The notes under the pieces: generated by a model | Databases searched by the model: none | The model's input: only the letters and a program-made list of their open reading frames with translations | Told to the model about the DNA's origin: nothing | In this document: in pieces, positions 7,040 to 15,207 of the stretch | Layout: every line of letters begins with the position of its first letter | How positions within the stretch are numbered: the first letter of the stretch is position 1 | Origin: Corynebacterium glutamicum ATCC 13032 | GTDB lineage: Bacteria; Actinomycetota; Actinomycetes; Mycobacteriales; Mycobacteriaceae | Direction: 5' to 3' | Length of the DNA stretch: 32,000 nt | Assembly (NCBI RefSeq): GCF_000011325.1 | Contig: NC_003450.3 | Coordinates: 3,180,001-3,212,000 of the forward strand | Made by a program: the position numbers and the translations under genes

Positions 7040-9202
7040 TTAGCCGATCCCTAAGAGATCTCCCGGGATAGTCAGCCCCGGCAGGATTTCTACCTGACCG
7101 TTACCGGTCTCCTCTGCAGGTGCAGTGGGATCTACAGCAGGGGTATCGATTACTGCATTTGGATCCTCCACTGGAGCTTCCTCGGTTGCTCCTTCTGGAT
7201 CATTAGTCGCGATGTTTGGACTTGGAGTCCACACATATTCCGGAACTGGTGGGTTACCGTACCCCAATGCTGGAGCGATATCCCAAGTTTCGAGAGGGGA
7301 GTTCTCGAGGGCGTTATCCATGGTCTGCTTCCAGATCGTGGCAGGGGAGTTAGAACCATACATACTGCCACCCCAGGTGTTATACAATGCAGTGTTATCA
7401 GCAGTTCCGACCCACACCGCAGTAGCTAGCTGAGGTGCCGCACCCAACATCCACGCATCCTTGTTTGCACCGGTATCACCAAGCTGAGTGGTACCAGTCT
7501 TGGATGCAGAAACCTGGCCATCAGCCAGAGCGTTTCCGTTGGAGTATGCAGCGATTGGCCCCATGGCCTTGAGCAGATTCAGTGCAACCTTTTCAGAAAC
7601 ACGACGCTCGCCGTCGCCATCCTCGAACTCGTAGAGAACCTCACCGCTGACAGTCTCCACCTTGGACACGAAGTGCGGGCGGTGCCAGACACCTTCATTA
7701 GCGATAGTTGCCATCGCAGAAGCCATATCAAGTGGGCGGGACTCATACTGACCCAAGATGATGCCCTCATAAGGGGTCTCTCCGTTTTCAGTCAGTGTCT
7801 CAGGGATAGTTGGCAAAGACTTCGCGATACCCAAAGCATGCGCCATGTCCGCAGTATCCTGTGAACCATTTTCCAGATCCTGCTGCAAACGAATGAAGCT
7901 GGTGTTGTAAGAATGCAACAACGCCTGCTCGATGGAACAGGAACCACAACCGCTGCCACCGACGTTTCCGATTTGAGCATCACCCACAGTCACCGGCGCA
8001 GAGCTGTATGGCTGAGACAGTGGAATACCTTGCTGAAGTGCTGCTGCCAGACCAAAGATCTTGAATGTAGAACCGGTCTGAAGCGGAGCGTTTGCAAAGT
8101 CCCAACCAGTCGCATCCTCGCCGCCGTAATAAGCACGAACCGCACCATTAGAAGGATCAATGGAGACTACCGCTGCACGGTTGTTCTCAGACAGAAGATC
8201 CAACTGGTTTTGTACCGCTTCAACGGCACCTTCCTGAGTCTTTGGATCAATGGTGGTGGTGACCTGCAAACCACGGGTTTGCACATCATCCTCAGTGATA
8301 CCAAGCTCAGACAACTCCGCCATCACTTGGTTCTTAATCAAACCATTAGTGCCGGTGGCTTCGGTGTACGCACTGTTGGACGCAGGGTCAGTGGTTTCAG
8401 GGTAGGTAGCAACTGCGCGCTCCTCTGCCGAGATAGCGCCAATTTCCACCAGGCCGTCCATGACATAGTTCCAACGCGTTTCCGCCTCAACTGGATTTGT
8501 CCAAGGATCCAACTGGCTTGGCAGCTGAATACTGGCCGCCAGCACTGCGCCCTCAGCAGCCGTGAGCTCTTCTACTGGCTTATCAAAGAATGCATGAGCT
8601 GCAGCCTGCACACCATAGGCATTTCGACCGAAGTACACAGTGTTGAGATAAGCCTCAAGGACCTCGTCCTTAGACCACTCATTGGCCATCTTCGCGGAAT
8701 AGACCAATTCCTTAGCCTTACGGATCAGCGAACGCTCATCACCAACCACAGCCTTCTTCACATACTGCTGAGTAATGGTGGAACCACCACCCGCTGAAGA
8801 ATCACCAGTGATTACGCCAAGTGCTGCTCGGGCATAGCCAGTAATGGAAAAACCGGGGTTTGTGTAAAACTCTCGGTCTTCCGCAGCCACCACCGCATTT
8901 TTCACAGTGTCAGGCACCTGATCGATCGTCACCATCTGGCGGTTGCCTTCTGGAGGAACGATGCGTGCCAATTCAGTCTCACCGTCAGATGCGTAAATCT
9001 GCGAAACCTGGGGTGAAACCAACTCTTCCGGTTCTGGAACATCAACCATGATGTAAGCACCCATGAAGACCATTACTGGAATCAAAATGACAGCAACAAT
9101 GGCACCAATGATGGTGTTTCTTACAGCGTAGCCCTTAGAGTCGCTCTTTAAGCGCCTTTTGCCGCTGCTCTTTTTGGCAGGAGGATTTTTACTATTCGTC
9201 AA
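7040..9202 (-). CDS. Class A penicillin-binding protein (bifunctional transglycosylase/transpeptidase), PonA1/PBP1b-like
   Basis: N-terminal TM anchor. GT51 motifs (AAEDREFY, GGSTITQQYVK, RKAKE). Transpeptidase motifs (STFK at QTGSTFKIF; SYN at HSYNTSF; KTGT at SKTGTTQ). Pro/Ala/Glu-rich C-terminal tail. TTG start. Confidence 0.95.
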   Translation of the reverse strand: MTNSKNPPAKKSSGKRRLKSDSKGYAVRNTIIGAIVAVILIPVMVFMGAYIMVDVPEPEELVSPQVSQIYASDGETELARIVPPEGNRQMVTIDQVPDTVKNAVVAAEDREFYTNPGFSITGYARAALGVITGDSSAGGGSTITQQYVKKAVVGDERSLIRKAKELVYSAKMANEWSKDEVLEAYLNTVYFGRNAYGVQAAAHAFFDKPVEELTAAEGAVLAASIQLPSQLDPWTNPVEAETRWNYVMDGLVEIGAISAEERAVATYPETTDPASNSAYTEATGTNGLIKNQVMAELSELGITEDDVQTRGLQVTTTIDPKTQEGAVEAVQNQLDLLSENNRAAVVSIDPSNGAVRAYYGGEDATGWDFANAPLQTGSTFKIFGLAAALQQGIPLSQPYSSAPVTVGDAQIGNVGGSGCGSCSIEQALLHSYNTSFIRLQQDLENGSQDTADMAHALGIAKSLPTIPETLTENGETPYEGIILGQYESRPLDMASAMATIANEGVWHRPHFVSKVETVSGEVLYEFEDGDGERRVSEKVALNLLKAMGPIAAYSNGNALADGQVSASKTGTTQLGDTGANKDAWMLGAAPQLATAVWVGTADNTALYNTWGGSMYGSNSPATIWKQTMDNALENSPLETWDIAPALGYGNPPVPEYVWTPSPNIATNDPEGATEEAPVEDPNAVIDTPAVDPTAPAEETGNGQVEILPGLTIPGDLLGIG

Positions 9203-9293
9203 CTGGTGTTTCCGTTCAATCAGATCTGGTTCTTATCTGAAGCTTGTGCTGTAGAGAATACTGCGCCTAAGCCTATTCATCTGAATCTGAGAA

Positions 9294-9686
9294 TCAGCTG
9301 GCCGTCGCGGTTTCCGCCTTAAGCAGGTGATTCCACTTGCAGGTGGGACATACTTCAACAGTATGCACCGTTGCCTGCCGTCCATTCTTTACCAACTGTT
9401 CGATTTCTTCTTCACTTCGAGCAGAACCTGCCGCCCGACCGATTTCATCGCCATAAACCCACAAAACCACACGTAGATCCTCGCTGCCACAAATCGGGCA
9501 AGGATAATCTGCGAGGTGTCCGTGATATTTGCTCGCAGTCACCAAGATGAACTCGGCGTCACAAATTGTGTCTTTTTGCACCAACCCCGCCCGAAACTGA
9601 CGGAGAGTCTGCCTACGAGCTAGTTGGTGACTGATCTCATTTTGATATTGCACCACGATTAAAAAGTGTAGCCGTAAGCCGACCAA
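9294..9686 (-). CDS. Conserved actinobacterial zinc-ribbon-like protein (DUF5318-like, positional equivalent of Rv0049)
   Basis: Two Cys pairs (CPICGSE ... CPTCKWNH). Located upstream of the class A PBP, as in mycobacteria. The start is uncertain: TTG at 9686, or GTG at 9656 or 9653. Confidence 0.65.
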   Translation of the reverse strand: MVGLRLHFLIVVQYQNEISHQLARRQTLRQFRAGLVQKDTICDAEFILVTASKYHGHLADYPCPICGSEDLRVVLWVYGDEIGRAAGSARSEEEIEQLVKNGRQATVHTVEVCPTCKWNHLLKAETATAS

Positions 9687-9831
9687 TGAAACGACCCTCT
9701 AGAAGCATCGTTTAGAATTGCTTTTAAGTGAATAAGGAACAGCACAGAATTAAGGCCTCGGAGTTATCGCTCACGCTACTTCTCAAGTGACGCCAAGGTA
9801 AGTTGTACTTTTTCTGTCCAAATTATTGCTT

Positions 9832-9859
9832 TTTCCGTAGATAGGTTATCGAACGGAAA
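9832..9859. promoter_or_regulatory. Inverted repeat TTTCCGT-N14-ACGGAAA immediately upstream of marR
   Basis: 7-bp arms at 9832-9838 and 9853-9859, ending 19 bp before the marR start. Possible autoregulatory operator. Short arms, so weak evidence. Confidence 0.25.
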
Positions 9860-9877
9860 TTACTTGGCAATACCGCT

Positions 9878-10351
9878 ATGCTGGCAGGCATGCCTAATTT
9901 AAACGCTGAGGAGCTAGCAGTCCGCGTGCGACCCGCGCTGACAAAACTCTACGTTCTCTATTTCCGCCGCTCTGTGAATTCTGACCTCTCGGGTCCACAG
10001 CTCACTATTTTGAGTCGCCTGGAAGAAAACGGCCCATCCCGAATTAGTCGCATCGCGGAACTTGAAGATATTCGTATGCCAACCGCTTCGAATGCTCTGC
10101 ATCAGCTGGAGCAACTCAACCTGGTTGAGCGTATCCGCGACACCAAAGACCGCCGAGGCGTGCAGGTTCAGCTCACTGATCATGGACGCGAAGAGCTTGA
10201 GCGCGTGAACAATGAACGAAACGCAGAGATGGCTCGACTCCTTGAAATGCTCACCCCAGAGCAGCTGGAACGTACCGAAGACCTGGTGGATATCATTACT
10301 GAGCTTGCAGAGGTGTACGGTAGCTGGAAAGAGACCGACAGCGGTTCTTAA
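9878..10351 (+). CDS. MarR-family transcriptional regulator
   Basis: Winged HTH typical of MarR (LSGPQLTILSRLEENGPSRISRIAELEDIRMPTASNALHQLEQLNLVERIRDTKDRRGVQVQLTDHG). Confidence 0.9.
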   Translation: MLAGMPNLNAEELAVRVRPALTKLYVLYFRRSVNSDLSGPQLTILSRLEENGPSRISRIAELEDIRMPTASNALHQLEQLNLVERIRDTKDRRGVQVQLTDHGREELERVNNERNAEMARLLEMLTPEQLERTEDLVDIITELAEVYGSWKETDSGS

Positions 10352-10378
10352 CAGTTTTCTCCATCTCAACTCCGGAAT

Positions 10379-11323
10379 TTGATGAAACAACCCCTTCGCG
10401 TACTTATTTCTTGTCGACCCGAAGAAAATTCGGGTGGCAAACGTAGTGAACAAAATGATGCTGTTTTTGAGTTCGCCGCATGGCTAGCTCGTACTTCAGA
10501 CATCAATGTTCGTGGAATCACAACTTTCATACGCCCTTGGCCGTCTTCCTCCATCAGTAAGCTCGGAGGAAAATATCATAAGTGGTATAAGAATTTAGAT
10601 TCTTACTACCGCAGTCGCACGATCAAGGGACTCAAAGAGGCCGGAGTTGAGAAGTCCCAATGGGACGATGATGTTTCAGTTTTTGTAGATGGTCCTTCTG
10701 AATCCACGCTGCTCACCCATGCTGCTGAAGAATTCGAAGCGGACCTCATTCTGCTTGGCTCTGATGCGACCGCACCAAAAGGCCGCTTTCTGGCCAGCTC
10801 CACCGCAGATGCCCTCCTTCACTCCTCGCCCGTCCCACTAGGACTTGTGCCGCGAGGGGTGAAGCTTTCCAAAAAGGGTGTCACCCGCGTCAACTACGCT
10901 TTCACCAATGAAAGCGATGACTTTGAGCAAGGTTTACGCTCTTCCGCGGAGCTCGCCACCAATTGGAACGTTCCTCTTCGGATCCTTGCTTTTTCACCCA
11001 CAGGCATTACTTCCGCACCAACGTCGCGGAGCTTGGATATTTCCACTGAGCTTTCCTCCGAGTGGCGTGAACTAACGCTCGCCATGCTTGATCGAGCCCG
11101 TGATGGCGTCCTCACAGACCACCCAAACTTGAGCGTGAGCAGTGAAACCGGTTCTGGCTGGGGTTGGAGCGGTGCAATTGATGCTTTGCGATGGAAGAAA
11201 GGTGACCTGCTGTGCATGGGAAGCCATCGCACAGACACCCTTTCACGTGTCTTTGTCGGTTCGGAAACAATGGAAATTATCCGAAACTCTCCTGTACCGA
11301 CCATCATTTATCCCGGTCTTTAG
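10379..11323 (+). CDS. Tandem universal stress protein (UspA) domain protein
   Basis: Two USP-like halves, each ending in the typical motif (LILLGSDA...STADALLHSSPVPLGLVP and LLCMGSHR...GSETMEIIRNSPVPTIIYP). Confidence 0.85.
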   Translation: MMKQPLRVLISCRPEENSGGKRSEQNDAVFEFAAWLARTSDINVRGITTFIRPWPSSSISKLGGKYHKWYKNLDSYYRSRTIKGLKEAGVEKSQWDDDVSVFVDGPSESTLLTHAAEEFEADLILLGSDATAPKGRFLASSTADALLHSSPVPLGLVPRGVKLSKKGVTRVNYAFTNESDDFEQGLRSSAELATNWNVPLRILAFSPTGITSAPTSRSLDISTELSSEWRELTLAMLDRARDGVLTDHPNLSVSSETGSGWGWSGAIDALRWKKGDLLCMGSHRTDTLSRVFVGSETMEIIRNSPVPTIIYPGL

Positions 11324-11378
11324 GCTCTCCAACAGCAGAGGACTAGACTTAAGTATGCCTGCAAAGGAGGACAACTTC

Positions 11379-11852
11379 ATGAACACCCAACCAGAGCATC
11401 CAGAAAATGATCTAGTCGACGAAGCCGATTTTTCTAACCGGCCCAGGATCTACTCGGACGATCCTGATTCCTTGGCTGATGCGCCAGACCCAGCGCTGGA
11501 GCATGAGAAGAACAAGAAATCTTCACGCCAAGCACTCATTTATCTGTTTGCAGTTCCACTAGTTACATTCGTTTCTGCATACGTATTGGCCTGGGTGTCA
11601 CGACTCCAGGGCGGTCCCATCTGTGACGCCGGTGAGGCCGTGTGGATTTGTTCCCGTGCTGCAGAACTGTGGTGGCCAATTACCACTAGCGTCATCGCAT
11701 TTGGTGGCATGCTTGGATCTGCATGGATCCTCTATGACAAATACCGAAATTACCTACGCTGGCGTCCTTGGATGGGCGTGTTGTGGATTTTGATTCCATT
11801 CAGCATGCTGTGGGGAACCTCGGTGCTCACCTTGTCCATCTTGGGGCACTAA
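11379..11852 (+). CDS. Hypothetical membrane protein (157 aa, 3 predicted TM helices, acidic N-terminus)
   Basis: ATG at 11379 is preceded by AAGGAGG with an 8-nt spacer. The longer ORF-track form (from 11142) overlaps the USP gene by 182 bp and is unlikely. Confidence 0.65.
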   Translation: MNTQPEHPENDLVDEADFSNRPRIYSDDPDSLADAPDPALEHEKNKKSSRQALIYLFAVPLVTFVSAYVLAWVSRLQGGPICDAGEAVWICSRAAELWWPITTSVIAFGGMLGSAWILYDKYRNYLRWRPWMGVLWILIPFSMLWGTSVLTLSILGH

Positions 11853-11870
11853 AAACTTCACATAAATGAC

Positions 11871-11911
11871 AAAAGTCGGAACCTTTGAATCTTTCAAAGG
11901 TTCCGACTTTT
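11871..11911. terminator. Bidirectional rho-independent terminator between convergent genes
   Basis: 19-bp perfect stem AAAAGTCGGAACCTTTGAA (11871-11889) / TTCAAAGGTTCCGACTTTT (11893-11911) with a 3-nt loop. A/T runs on both sides. Confidence 0.85.
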
Positions 11912-11919
11912 CTCTTTCC

Positions 11920-12243
11920 CTACTTAGCGCCGGTAGATCCTAGGACTACTTCGAACTCCAGCAGGGAAGCGCCGGAAGCGACAGGCTTCTTATCTGAGCC
12001 GTGGGCTCCCTGGCCATGACCGCCCTTGGCCTTTTCGGCATCACGCCACGCGTTATAGCTGTCTTCATCAGCCCACTGGGTGACTACAAAGTAGCGGTCT
12101 TCACCGGAAACAGGGCGTAACAGTTGAAAGCCCTCAAATCCCGGAGCGGAATCCACGGCATTTTGGCGGGCTGCGAAGCGCTTCTCAAGCTCTTCACCAG
12201 CGCCTTCGGGTACGGAAATTGCGTTGATCTTAACGATGCTCAT
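11920..12243 (-). CDS. ABM-domain monooxygenase, IsdG/MhuD-like (107 aa)
   Basis: MSIVKINAISVPEGAGEELEKRFAARQNAVDSAPGFEGFQLLRPVSGEDRYFVVTQWADEDSYNAWR ... ASLLEFEVV closely resembles the M. tuberculosis MhuD sequence as I recall it. This includes Asn7, Trp66 and a His near position 75. Confidence 0.8.
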   Translation of the reverse strand: MSIVKINAISVPEGAGEELEKRFAARQNAVDSAPGFEGFQLLRPVSGEDRYFVVTQWADEDSYNAWRDAEKAKGGHGQGAHGSDKKPVASGASLLEFEVVLGSTGAK

Positions 12244-12263
12244 ACCCAGCCACCATACCCTTT

Positions 12264-13202
12264 TTAAGAAGTAACGAGCGGATCAATTCCTTGCTCAGCG
12301 AAATCCGCAGCAATTGCTGCACAGCGTTCGCGCTTGCAATGACGGGTCTCAACATTGGCGAAGCAATCAGGGCACATCAACACGAGCTCGCGGCAATCAT
12401 CTTCGTTGAGGCAGTGCTCAAATTTGTTGGTGGGAGTATCGCAATGGATGCAGTGTCCGACCTCTTTGTAATCCTCGCCGAATTCCATATGCATGCGCTT
12501 ATCGAAAACGTAGAGGGAGCCTTCCCACAGGCCCTTGTTGCCAAACTGCTCGCCGTAGCGAACGATGCCGCCATCGATTTGGTAGACCTCTTTGAAACCA
12601 CGGTTGATCATGAGTGAACTCAGGATCTCACAACGAATTCCGCCGGTGCAGTAGGTGACCACAGGCTTGTCTTTGAGATCGTCGTATTTTCCAGACTCAA
12701 TTTCTGCGATGAAATCATGAGTGGTTTCTACGTCAGGGACAACAGCGTCCTTGAACTTGCCGATCTGGGCTTCCATTGCGTTGCGGCCGTCAAAGAACAC
12801 AACTTCATCGCCACGGGCTTCCACAAGCTCATTGACCTGCTGTGGTTTCAGGTGAACGCCGCCACCGACGACGCCGTTTTCATCCACTTTGAGCTCATCT
12901 GGAGCGCCGAAGGCAACGATCTCATCGCGGACTTTGACACTGAGCTTTGGGAAATCCTCAGCGCCACCCTCGGACCACTTAAACTGCATGCGGTTGAAAC
13001 CTGGGTACTCGCGGGTCTTTTTAATGTACGCCTTGCAATCATCAATATCTCCGCCCACGGTTCCATTGATGCCGTGAGTGGAGATCAGGATGCGGCCACG
13101 AAGATTCAGTGACTCGCAGAGCTCACGCTGCCACAGCTGAACCGCTTTAGGGTCAGAGAGCGGGGTGAATGCGTAATAAAGAAGAATTTTTGAGGTAGCC
13201 AC
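12264..13202 (-). CDS. trhO: Rhodanese-domain protein of the UPF0176/YceA family (tRNA uridine-34 hydroxylase TrhO-like)
   Basis: N-terminal [13 protein letters not shown]...[16 protein letters not shown], a rhodanese active-site loop YCTGGIRCE and a Cys-rich C-terminal tail (CIHCDTP...CPDC...HCKRERC). Confidence 0.85.
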   Translation of the reverse strand: MATSKILLYYAFTPLSDPKAVQLWQRELCESLNLRGRILISTHGINGTVGGDIDDCKAYIKKTREYPGFNRMQFKWSEGGAEDFPKLSVKVRDEIVAFGAPDELKVDENGVVGGGVHLKPQQVNELVEARGDEVVFFDGRNAMEAQIGKFKDAVVPDVETTHDFIAEIESGKYDDLKDKPVVTYCTGGIRCEILSSLMINRGFKEVYQIDGGIVRYGEQFGNKGLWEGSLYVFDKRMHMEFGEDYKEVGHCIHCDTPTNKFEHCLNEDDCRELVLMCPDCFANVETRHCKRERCAAIAADFAEQGIDPLVTS

Positions 13203-13249
13203 AGTTCTTCAGTCTAGTGCGATGTGTGGCTACCTTAAAAACGAGGCTT

Positions 13250-14515
13250 TTACTCATAACGCAAGGCGTCAATTGGATCGAGCTTTGCTGCCTTGTTGGC
13301 GGGGTAGTAGCCGAAAAACAGGCCGATAGCCATGGAAAATACCAAGGCGATCACGATTCCACTCAGTGGTGGCAAGGAAATGTAGCCAATAGCGCTGGAC
13401 ATGATCAATCCCAAAATGCCGCCCAAAAGCACGCCGAGGATGCCACCGATGAAACAAATGATCATGGCTTCAACGACGAATTGCAGGCGAATGTCACGTC
13501 GACGAGCGCCGAGGGCTTTTCGGACACCGATTTCGCGGGTTCGCTCGGTGACAGACACCAACATAATGTTCATCACTCCGATGCCACCGACAAGCAAGGA
13601 AATTCCGCCGATGGCTGAGATACCCAAACTCATTGCGCCGAGAATGGTGTTGAACTCTTCGATCTGTTTACGGAAGTCCAACATGGCAACGTGGTGCGAG
13701 TCATTGTTGGCGTACAGCGCGTCGAAGTAGGTTTGCAGTGAACCCTTAAGTGAATCCTGGTCTACGCCCTGAGCTGCACGGATACTTAACGTGTTCAATC
13801 CATCTTCCGTGTGGGTGATGTCATTGGCCACCGTATATGGGGTGTAGGTGTGGACGGTTGGATTGCTTCCCACAAGTCCACCTGCTGCGGCTTCTTTATA
13901 CACACCGATAACCCGCAAAAATGTCTCTTGACCGTTGAGTTCAAAAGCTACTTCGGACCCCAGAGCGAGGTTGGGGTTTGCGTCGAAAAGCGTATTAAAG
14001 GTGTCTGGGGCGATGACCGCAACGGGGCGCTGAGCGGCAACATCGTCTTGCGTGATGGCGCGGCCGTAGTTCATTTCGACGCCATTCATCCACATATAAT
14101 CCTCGTTGACGCCGAGGAGATCGGATTTAAGATCTGCGGTGTCGCCGATGAGAGTGCCTTGCGTACCCATTCCGCCAACGCTGATTCCCGTGATGCTGCC
14201 TGCGAAACGATCGCGCAGCGTATCAACTGTTTCTTCCGGAATCAGATTGCCACTAGAGTTTGCAGCCCCAGAAAAAGCGAACATATCGGGTTCGGGGGAA
14301 TCTTCGTCGGGGCGTTCCTCCACCTGCGCCGACAGATCATTCGCGCCCAAGCTTTCCAAACTATTCAAAGTTTGATCCTGCAGGGCTTTACCAATGGTCA
14401 AAATTCCGATGACTGATGCGATACCAATGATGACTCCTAACAGCGTCAACAATGCACGCATCTTGTTGCTTCTCAGGCTGGTGAGCGCCAAAAGAATTGA
14501 TTCTGCAAGGCTCAT
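13250..14515 (-). CDS. MacB-type ABC transporter permease (FtsX domain with large extracytoplasmic domain)
   Basis: TM1, then an extracytoplasmic domain of about 240 aa, then 3 TM helices with the FtsX signature region (TERTREIGVRKALGARRRDI). The start overlaps the ATPase stop (ATGA). Confidence 0.9.
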   Translation of the reverse strand: MSLAESILLALTSLRSNKMRALLTLLGVIIGIASVIGILTIGKALQDQTLNSLESLGANDLSAQVEERPDEDSPEPDMFAFSGAANSSGNLIPEETVDTLRDRFAGSITGISVGGMGTQGTLIGDTADLKSDLLGVNEDYMWMNGVEMNYGRAITQDDVAAQRPVAVIAPDTFNTLFDANPNLALGSEVAFELNGQETFLRVIGVYKEAAAGGLVGSNPTVHTYTPYTVANDITHTEDGLNTLSIRAAQGVDQDSLKGSLQTYFDALYANNDSHHVAMLDFRKQIEEFNTILGAMSLGISAIGGISLLVGGIGVMNIMLVSVTERTREIGVRKALGARRRDIRLQFVVEAMIICFIGGILGVLLGGILGLIMSSAIGYISLPPLSGIVIALVFSMAIGLFFGYYPANKAAKLDPIDALRYE

Positions 14516-15204
14516 GAGTGTTTCACCTCAGACCCAATGATGCGCCCGTCAACCATGGTGACCACCCGATCAGATTCATCAGCAAGCTCAGGGTTGTGAG
14601 TAATAAACACGATGGTTTTGCCCTGCTCCTTGTTGAGCTGGTGGAAAATATCCATCACCATCCGGCCCGTTGCAGAATCCAACGCACCAGTTGGTTCATC
14701 AGCAAGAATGATCTCAGGATCGTTCGCCAACGCGCGAGCAATGGCCACGCGCTGCTTCTGACCACCCGAAAGCTCATTGGGCTCATGGTTGAGACGCTCA
14801 CCCATCCCGACCATTTCCAATAATTCAACCGCACGACTTCTCCGCTGCTTAGCCGGAATGCCCGCATACATCATGGGCATTTCCACATTCTTCAACGCAT
14901 CGATCCGGCCAATCAGATTGAAGTTCTGAAACACAAAACCAATCGATTTAGCGCGGTGGCTCGCCAAAGCATCATCGCTGATATCCAACACATCCACGCC
15001 ATCCAAGGTGTACGTGCCATCAGTTGGCTTATCCAACAACCCAATGATGTTCATCATCGTTGATTTACCTGAGCCGGACGTACCCACAACCGACACGAAT
15101 TCGCCACGGTCCACATGGAAATCCACACCGTGCAACACGGTGAGTTCACCTTCAGATCCAATGTTGTAGGTCTTGACAATATTTCGCATTTCGATGAGGC
15201 TCAT
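14512..15204 (-). CDS. ABC transporter ATP-binding protein (MacB/LolD-type)
   Basis: Walker A GTSGSGKST, Q-loop, signature LSGGQKQR, Walker B ILADEPTGALD, H-loop ITHN. Confidence 0.95.
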   Translation of the reverse strand: MSLIEMRNIVKTYNIGSEGELTVLHGVDFHVDRGEFVSVVGTSGSGKSTMMNIIGLLDKPTDGTYTLDGVDVLDISDDALASHRAKSIGFVFQNFNLIGRIDALKNVEMPMMYAGIPAKQRRSRAVELLEMVGMGERLNHEPNELSGGQKQRVAIARALANDPEIILADEPTGALDSATGRMVMDIFHQLNKEQGKTIVFITHNPELADESDRVVTMVDGRIIGSEVKHS

Positions 15205-15207
15205 AGG

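Noticed and set aside
7913-8797. 294-aa plus-strand ORF antisense to the class A PBP gene
   Set aside because: Shadow ORF inside a gene with complete GT51 and transpeptidase motifs. The composition is atypical (Arg/Leu/Thr/Cys-rich).
11142-11378. Long 5' extension of the membrane-protein ORF overlapping the USP gene
   Set aside because: It overlaps the USP coding region by 182 bp in another frame. A strong AAGGAGG-N8-ATG at 11379 gives a sensible start after the USP stop.
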